From assembly GCA_965223545.1 (NCBI GenBank), contig OZ245006.1:4224001-4288000 (forward strand): 64,000 bases of DNA, read 5' to 3'. Positions 58,336-64,000 of this stretch are shown one piece after another (position 1 is the stretch's first letter; the number at the start of each line of letters is the position of its first letter). The DNA is from Planctomycetota bacterium. GTDB taxonomy: Bacteria > Planctomycetota > UBA1135 > UBA2386. The position numbers were made by a program, and so were the translations under genes. The notes beneath the pieces are model-generated. The model was not told the DNA's origin and ran no database searches. It saw only the letters and a list, made by a program, of their open reading frames with translations.

Positions 58336-59739
58336 TCAGCCACGCTGTGGGACGGCGTCGGCGAGGAGGGCGACGAGGGCGCAGAGGTCGTCGAGGTCGC
58401 TTTCGCCCTTGCGCGCCAGGTGCAGTGCTGCGTCGCCCCGATCGACCCACAGGCCGACGGCGGCGGCATCGCCTGCGCGGTGTGGATCGCGCTCCAGCAG
58501 GGCGCGGACGTGGTCGTCGAGGCCAAACACGGGGGTGGGGCAGCTGGCGATGCCGCGCAGCCGCGGGCGCAGATCGACCAGCCGGCGTTCGATTGCTCGA
58601 CCCTCGCGTTGCCGCCAAGAGATCTCTTCGATCCATCGGCGGGCGGAGGATCCGTAGTGCCACAGGGGCGTGCGGGCGGGCAGCTGCTCGAGCAGCCGAT
58701 GGAGACTGGCGAGCTCGTCGGCGCGCTGCGCGGGCCGCGCCGAGAGCAACGTGCCCGTCGGCGTCGCCGGATGGCGGAGGCCGATCCAGTGCACCCGGTC
58801 GGCGAACGGGTCGCCCAGGAGGTGCAGCACGGCGATGTCTTCGGGTCGCACCTGGGTGGCGCTGGGCTCGAGCGTCGGGCGTCCCGCCGCGCGCGCGGTG
58901 GCGGCTCCCCGCAGGCGGCGGAGCGCAGCGCTCTCGATGTGCGTGCGGCGCGATACGGATTCGACCGAGCGCAGCCCGTGCAGGCTCTCGCAGGTGCGCA
59001 GGCCGGCGGTCTCGAGCGTGGTGCGCAGGCCGCGCGTCATTCCCTGCAGCAGCGACAGATCGTCGGCCGCCTGCAGTGCGGGCACGCAGACGTCCGACCA
59101 TCGACAAGAACGGCAGGCCGGGCCGTAGAACGGGCGCGTGCGCGAAGGCTCGAGACGGCTGGCCTGGATCTGTTTCAGCAGGTCGTCGAGCACGGTGTCG
59201 TAGTCGCTGCATGCAAACCGCTCTTCGTTGCCGTTGCGCAGCACGAGGTAGCCGTACGCCGGCGCGCGGCCTTGCACCACGGCCAACAATCGGCTGTAGA
59301 ACATCACCTGCAGCACCTGATCGCCGCGCGCTCTGCGCGACGATTTGATGTCGCCGACCACGTAGTGGTGCGGCCCCAGCATCGACTCGCCGGCTTCGAT
59401 GCGGAGCAGGTCGGCGATGCCGAGGGCGTTCTCGCCGAGCAGCACCGCCTGCAGCAGCCCCGGTGCGCCGGCGCGCATCAGCTCGAGCGTCGCGGCCGCG
59501 CCGGCCTCGAAGTCGCGGTCCGGATAGCGGGGCTCGGTGTAGCCGAGGTCCGCGGTGAGGACTTCTTCGAGCTCCCGGCCGCGGCGCAAGACGAACTCCT
59601 CGATCTCGGTCGGCGGCCGCCGGCGCGCGCGATCTTCGTGGAAGTCGAGCGTCACCGCATGCGGACACTTCGAGTAGGAATAGACGTGGGTGCCGGTGAC
59701 GCGTCCGGGTTCGGGCGAATCGGCCGCGCTGCGGCTCAT
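58336..59739 (-). CDS. TM0106-family RecB/Cas4-like nuclease with degenerate RNase H-like C-domain
   Basis: CPH, GIADLL, YVVGDIKSS, QVMFY, CRSCRWSDVC, DDLSLLQG HhH. Confidence 0.88.
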   Translation of the reverse strand: MSRSAADSPEPGRVTGTHVYSYSKCPHAVTLDFHEDRARRRPPTEIEEFVLRRGRELEEVLTADLGYTEPRYPDRDFEAGAAATLELMRAGAPGLLQAVLLGENALGIADLLRIEAGESMLGPHHYVVGDIKSSRRARGDQVLQVMFYSRLLAVVQGRAPAYGYLVLRNGNEERFACSDYDTVLDDLLKQIQASRLEPSRTRPFYGPACRSCRWSDVCVPALQAADDLSLLQGMTRGLRTTLETAGLRTCESLHGLRSVESVSRRTHIESAALRRLRGAATARAAGRPTLEPSATQVRPEDIAVLHLLGDPFADRVHWIGLRHPATPTGTLLSARPAQRADELASLHRLLEQLPARTPLWHYGSSARRWIEEISWRQREGRAIERRLVDLRPRLRGIASCPTPVFGLDDHVRALLERDPHRAGDAAAVGLWVDRGDAALHLARKGESDLDDLCALVALLADAVPQRG

Positions 59740-61655
59740 ACGATTCTCACCCGACAGTCGAGATACGCCGCGCCCAACCCGAGATCGGTGGGGCGTGCCT
59801 CGATCAGCACGTTGGCGCTGTGCCCGCGATCGTAGTGTCCCCCTTTCGGCATCAGCGCAACGTCGGCGCGCAAGCGCTCGTCGAGCTCGAGGCGCGCGCG
59901 CAGCCGACCGTTCGAGCTCTCGACGGTGACGATCTCGCCGGCGGCCCGCCCGGGCGCGGCGTCGGGATGCACGCGGACCCACGTGTGCTCGCCGAGGTCG
60001 CGGCCAACCCACTGCGACGCCTGGCTCTTCACCGTCGAGTTGCTGAACAACCACAGCGGAAACTCGGGGTCGTCGGCCGCCGGTGTCGGCAGCGCATCGA
60101 GCAGGCGCACCCGGCCCGACGGCGTGCGCACTCGGCCGTCGCCGAACAAGACCTGGCGGCGCATCGGGTCCCGCACCGCGCCGTCGCGCAACTGCTGCAG
60201 GTCGACGCCGTGTGGCTGGAGCTTGCGCAGCAATCGCTGCTTGTAGTCGGTCACGCCGCCCGCCATCGCCGCGCCCAGACCGACGCGGCCGGCGAGTGCG
60301 GTGAACAGCTCGACCTCGTGCAATACGCCGGCCGGTGGCGGCACCACGGGCCGTGACGATGCCAGCCAGTCGTGGCCGTACGCGCCGAGCAGATCCTCAT
60401 CCTCGAGAAGGGTCGGCACGGGGAGGACCAGGTCGGCGCGGCGGCCGGTATCGGTCAAGAACGGGTCGACGACGACGACGAAGTCCCGCGTCTCGAACGC
60501 GCGCGCGACGGTGGCGGAGTCGGGCAACATCGCCACCGGGTTGCCGGCGGTGACCCAGATGGCGCGCACCGGTGGGTCGGAAGCGGCCAAGATGTCGGCA
60601 CCCAGCAGGGGTTCGCGAATGCGACGCGGCGCCTGCTCCGGGTCGCTACCGACCGCGTCGACATCGAACGACGCGCGCCTGGCGAAGTAGAACGAGCACC
60701 CACCGCCGGGCCGGTGCAAGTTGCCCGAGATCGCACTCAGTGCGTCCAGTCCACGCACGATGGCCGCACCGGTCGAGCGGCGTTGCATGCCCCAACCGAC
60801 CAGGATCGCGGTCGGCCCGTTTCGCAGCTGGTCGGCCAGCGCGCGCGCCGCTTCGAGGGAGACTTCGGCGGCGGCGGCCCATTCGGCCGCTGAGCGGCGC
60901 TGCACCAGCGCGCCGTACTCTTCGAGGTTCTCGACTTGGGTCGAGACCTCGGCGGGCAGCCCGCGGTCCCAGAGCAAGCGACCGACAGCCATCGCCAGCT
61001 CGAGATCGCCACCCGGACGCGGCGCCAGCACCACATCGGCGAGACTCACCCCCTTGTGGTGCACCGGATCGATCAGCGTGATGTGAGTGCCGCGCCGCCG
61101 GGCCTCCTTGAGGATCGGCACCAAGTGCACGTTGCTGACGAACGGGTTCTTGCCCCACAGGATGATCGAGCGGCTGTGCTCCAGATCGTGCAGCGCGTTG
61201 CTGTCGCTGACCCCGAAGTCCTGCATTTGCGCCGCCTCGCCAGCGCCGCTGCAGATGTCACCGATCTTCGTCGCGCACGGTCCGAACAGGGCGAAGAAGC
61301 GATCGGCCACCGACTTCAGCAGGCCGAGGCTGCCGCCGGAGCGATAGTGGAGGATCGAGGCGGGCCCCGACTCCGCGCGGATCGCTGTCAGCCGCTCCGC
61401 CGCGTGATCCAGCGCCTGGTCCATCGAGACCGGCACCAACTTGCCGTCGACCCGCAGCAGTGGCTGGCGGAGACGGTCGGGCGCATTCTGCGCCTCGACG
61501 AATCTGGAAGTCCGGTAACAAAGGAAGCCGCGGGTGACGGGGTGGTCCGGGTCACCGGTCAATCCGGTGACGCGGCCATTCTCCACGGTGGCGAGGATTC
61601 CACAGGCATCGGGGCAATCCCGGTTGCAGGTCGTGCGGTGAACGGTCGGCGCCAT
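59736..61655 (-). CDS. Molybdopterin (DMSO reductase family) oxidoreductase
   Basis: CNRDCPDAC, GDPDHPVTRGFLC, WGKNP, IDP, DPFLTDT..ADLVLP. Confidence 0.93.
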   Translation of the reverse strand: MAPTVHRTTCNRDCPDACGILATVENGRVTGLTGDPDHPVTRGFLCYRTSRFVEAQNAPDRLRQPLLRVDGKLVPVSMDQALDHAAERLTAIRAESGPASILHYRSGGSLGLLKSVADRFFALFGPCATKIGDICSGAGEAAQMQDFGVSDSNALHDLEHSRSIILWGKNPFVSNVHLVPILKEARRRGTHITLIDPVHHKGVSLADVVLAPRPGGDLELAMAVGRLLWDRGLPAEVSTQVENLEEYGALVQRRSAAEWAAAAEVSLEAARALADQLRNGPTAILVGWGMQRRSTGAAIVRGLDALSAISGNLHRPGGGCSFYFARRASFDVDAVGSDPEQAPRRIREPLLGADILAASDPPVRAIWVTAGNPVAMLPDSATVARAFETRDFVVVVDPFLTDTGRRADLVLPVPTLLEDEDLLGAYGHDWLASSRPVVPPPAGVLHEVELFTALAGRVGLGAAMAGGVTDYKQRLLRKLQPHGVDLQQLRDGAVRDPMRRQVLFGDGRVRTPSGRVRLLDALPTPAADDPEFPLWLFSNSTVKSQASQWVGRDLGEHTWVRVHPDAAPGRAAGEIVTVESSNGRLRARLELDERLRADVALMPKGGHYDRGHSANVLIEARPTDLGLGAAYLDCRVRIV

Positions 61656-61776
61656 GGTCGTTGTCGTCGTATCGCGGTGATCTTCGCGCACGCGTGTGGA
61701 TAAGCAAAGGCCGTGCAGCCCCCGATCTCCCCGGTATCGAGCTGGCGTGTCCTGACGGTATAACAGCGGATCTCGC

Positions 61777-63609
61777 ATGGAGACCCGTTTTCAGCTCGCA
61801 CCGCTGCTGCGTCGATTCCGTCGGGTGCGCATTGGGGCGTCGTGGTCCGGCGCGCTGTTGCTCGCGGTTGCGATCGCGGTGGAGATCGTCGGCCGGCACA
61901 CGACGTCGGACTTGCAGGACTGCTTCGCGCTGGTCTTGCTCGGTGGGTCGATCGCGGTGGTCTACGTGGTGCGCGGTCGCGAGCGCGTACTGCGTAGCCC
62001 GGTGCTGCTCGGTGCGCGCAGTCGGTTGCGGGCATGGCTCCACGCGCATCGGCTGGAAGTCGGGGTCGACCTGCGCGGTGCGCCGCCCATCCAGCGCGGG
62101 GTCCCGCCTTTGATCGACGAGGTGCTGAGCATCACGGCGGTGGTCGCCGCGGTCTTCGTTATCGCGCTGCTCGCCATCGAGGTCGATGACCGCGCCGTGC
62201 TGGTACGGGTGTTCTATCTCGGTTATCTGTTGGCGTTGGGCGCGCTGTGGGTGTTGCTGTCGATCGTCATCCTCGCGGCTCTGTTCTTGCCGGCGGCGTG
62301 CATCAACGATGCGTTCGCGGTGCGGCACCGAGGCAGCGCGCCGCGGCGGCGACGGCCGGAGGCACCGGTGTTGATCGGTTACTTCGGCGCGGTGCTGCTG
62401 GCAGGCTCGTTGCTGCCGCAGTGGGTTGCCAGCGTGATCGCCGGCAGCGCCCTGTTGCTGTTCTACTTGGTGCTGCGCCGCCCGACCGGTCCCGCGGTGA
62501 CGTTGCTCTGGCGGTTGCGCAACGGATTCGAAGTGCACTCGCTGGACTGGCGCGCGTACGAGCTGCGGTTCGGCACGATTCTGGTCTTGGGTCTCGTGGT
62601 CTTGGTGCTCGCGTCGACCGGCAAACAAGCGCTGGGCCTGCCGCTCGGCGATGACGCCGAATCGATGCCGATTACGATGACCCTGGGGACTCTGGCCGCG
62701 TGGCTCGGTGCCGCTGGCTTGCTGTTCGGTGCGCTCTTCGCGGGGAACTGGTTCCTGCAGCACCGCCGGCGCGACCCGGCACGGCCCTGTGCACCGCGTG
62801 CCCATGTCGGTGGCGACAGCCCGCACCGCGAAGCCGTCGCGGCGGTCTTGCAACGCCGAGGCTGGGAGGTCGTCTTCGCGCCGGAGTCCGCGCGCGCGTG
62901 CGACGTCCAGCTGCGGGCGGTGCCGTCGCCGATGCCCCCGCTGGCGGACCCCGTGCAGTGGCCCGCAGCGGTCAGCGCCAAGGCCGTCGAGGTGCCCGAG
63001 CTGCAAGACAAGCTGCAGCGGCGAGCCGAGATCCAACGGCGACGCCAGCTGATGCGCGGGCTACAGCTGTTGTTCAAACACGCCAGCCGCCGGTCGTTTC
63101 GCCGCGGATCGGGCTTCTGGATCGCGCCGCACTACTGGTACATCGCCGGTATGACCCGGGACGTCGACGAGGACGACCTCGATTCGCAGGGCGGGACGAT
63201 CGTGAGTGGCATCATCGGGCCCGCCTACCACGTCCTGTTCTCGCGCGCCGCACGCAACCACTTCCACGTGGTCTTGGCTGCCCTCGATGTCGATCTGTTG
63301 TTCGTCGAGGACGGCGTCGATTTCAAGCGTCTGCGCGCCGTGTTGGCCGCGATGTTCGAGCACTTCGATATCCACGGCGACCGACAGCGACTGGAGGATC
63401 GCCACCTGGTGGGACTCCCCGGCACGCGCGTCATCGTGCACGACTTCGAGTTCGGCGAACCGCTCCGCCGCAAGGGCTATCCCGAGCCGGACTACGACAC
63501 GCTCGGCCGCGCGCGCATCCTGCACGTGTTTCGCGACCGCGGCGAGCACGAGGATCCGGTGCTGGACCCGGTCGACATCCGCGACATGCCGGTGCCGATG
63601 GCGAACTGA
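61777..63609 (+). CDS. Polytopic membrane hypothetical protein with a soluble C-terminal domain
   Basis: About 8 hydrophobic segments, then a soluble region; TATAAC upstream. Confidence 0.75.
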   Translation: METRFQLAPLLRRFRRVRIGASWSGALLLAVAIAVEIVGRHTTSDLQDCFALVLLGGSIAVVYVVRGRERVLRSPVLLGARSRLRAWLHAHRLEVGVDLRGAPPIQRGVPPLIDEVLSITAVVAAVFVIALLAIEVDDRAVLVRVFYLGYLLALGALWVLLSIVILAALFLPAACINDAFAVRHRGSAPRRRRPEAPVLIGYFGAVLLAGSLLPQWVASVIAGSALLLFYLVLRRPTGPAVTLLWRLRNGFEVHSLDWRAYELRFGTILVLGLVVLVLASTGKQALGLPLGDDAESMPITMTLGTLAAWLGAAGLLFGALFAGNWFLQHRRRDPARPCAPRAHVGGDSPHREAVAAVLQRRGWEVVFAPESARACDVQLRAVPSPMPPLADPVQWPAAVSAKAVEVPELQDKLQRRAEIQRRRQLMRGLQLLFKHASRRSFRRGSGFWIAPHYWYIAGMTRDVDEDDLDSQGGTIVSGIIGPAYHVLFSRAARNHFHVVLAALDVDLLFVEDGVDFKRLRAVLAAMFEHFDIHGDRQRLEDRHLVGLPGTRVIVHDFEFGEPLRRKGYPEPDYDTLGRARILHVFRDRGEHEDPVLDPVDIRDMPVPMAN

Positions 63610-63620
63610 TCGCCCGGTTT

Positions 63621-63901
63621 CTCAGCGCGGCCACGAGTCCTGACGACAGTGGGCCTTCGGAAGTGTCGTCGCCGCGCGAAGACTTGCGGCCCCGGACGCT
63701 CAGCGCGGCCGGGGGCCGCAAAGGACGAGCCCGCGGCGACAATAGCGGAGCCCGCGAACCCAACGGTGCCGGACGGCCGCGCCGAGCGCAGACGCCAGTG
63801 TTGCTTTCGAGCGTCCGGGAGTTGCGCTACGGAAGTCCTGACGACAACGGGCCTTTCGGAAGTGTGTCGCCGCGCGAAGACTTGCGGCCCCGGACGCTCA
63901 G
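63621..63901 (-). repeat. Family-A repeats in reverse orientation (near-full copy 63775-63901, deleted copy 63621-63721)
   Basis: Reverse complement reads ctgagcgtccggggccgcaagtcttcgcgcggcgac...gcaactcccggacgctcgaaagcaacactggcgtctgcgctcggcgcggcc, which aligns with 2330-2455. Confidence 0.9.
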
Positions 63902-64000
63902 GACGATCTGTGGGCCTTGTCGGCGTGGAACTGCGCTTCTTCGGTCGAGCCGGTGAGCGCGGTCGTCGACGACTTGCCGCCGGCGCACGCGTTCGCCACC

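Noticed and set aside
58336..59739. Cas4 of a CRISPR system
   Set aside because: The architecture fits TM0106-type nucleases, and there is no cas1/cas2 or array in the window.

Overview
High-GC bacterial chromosomal window. The ECF sigma factor with a long extension, the secreted LVIVD protein and the RRM protein suggest a Planctomycetota-like host (inference only). Most of the window is housekeeping and envelope genes: msrB, a FlhG/MinD ATPase, pckA, several glycosyltransferases, an AsmA-like protein, a hybrid kinase, hpnCDE, ligA, truC, MFS transporters, a GMC oxidoreductase, a FkbH-domain protein and a molybdopterin oxidoreductase. Five signals stand out. (1) A complete IS110-family element (372..2311) inserted precisely into a dispersed ~134-bp hairpin repeat family. 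An empty target site is in the same window (3767/3768). Circularisation would create a TTGACA-N17-TATGTG promoter, and the upstream non-coding region contains a readable bridge RNA whose two guide loops match the repeat target and the element ends. The recombinase has Thr where IS621 has its catalytic Ser, and the junctions share no identical core. (2) A plant-type UDP-apiose/UDP-xylose synthase facing a polyprenol-P GT2 and a GT-C transferase. (3) A DUF692 (MNIO) enzyme translationally coupled to a Tat-exported protein ending in two GCGM motifs, followed by a radical SAM/SPASM gene. (4) A split TM0106 nuclease / SF1 helicase pair separated by a perfect 25-bp inverted repeat. (5) A second GTACGGAG-core palindromic repeat family. 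No rRNA, tRNA or CRISPR array was seen. All product calls come from motif recognition by eye; no database search was run.
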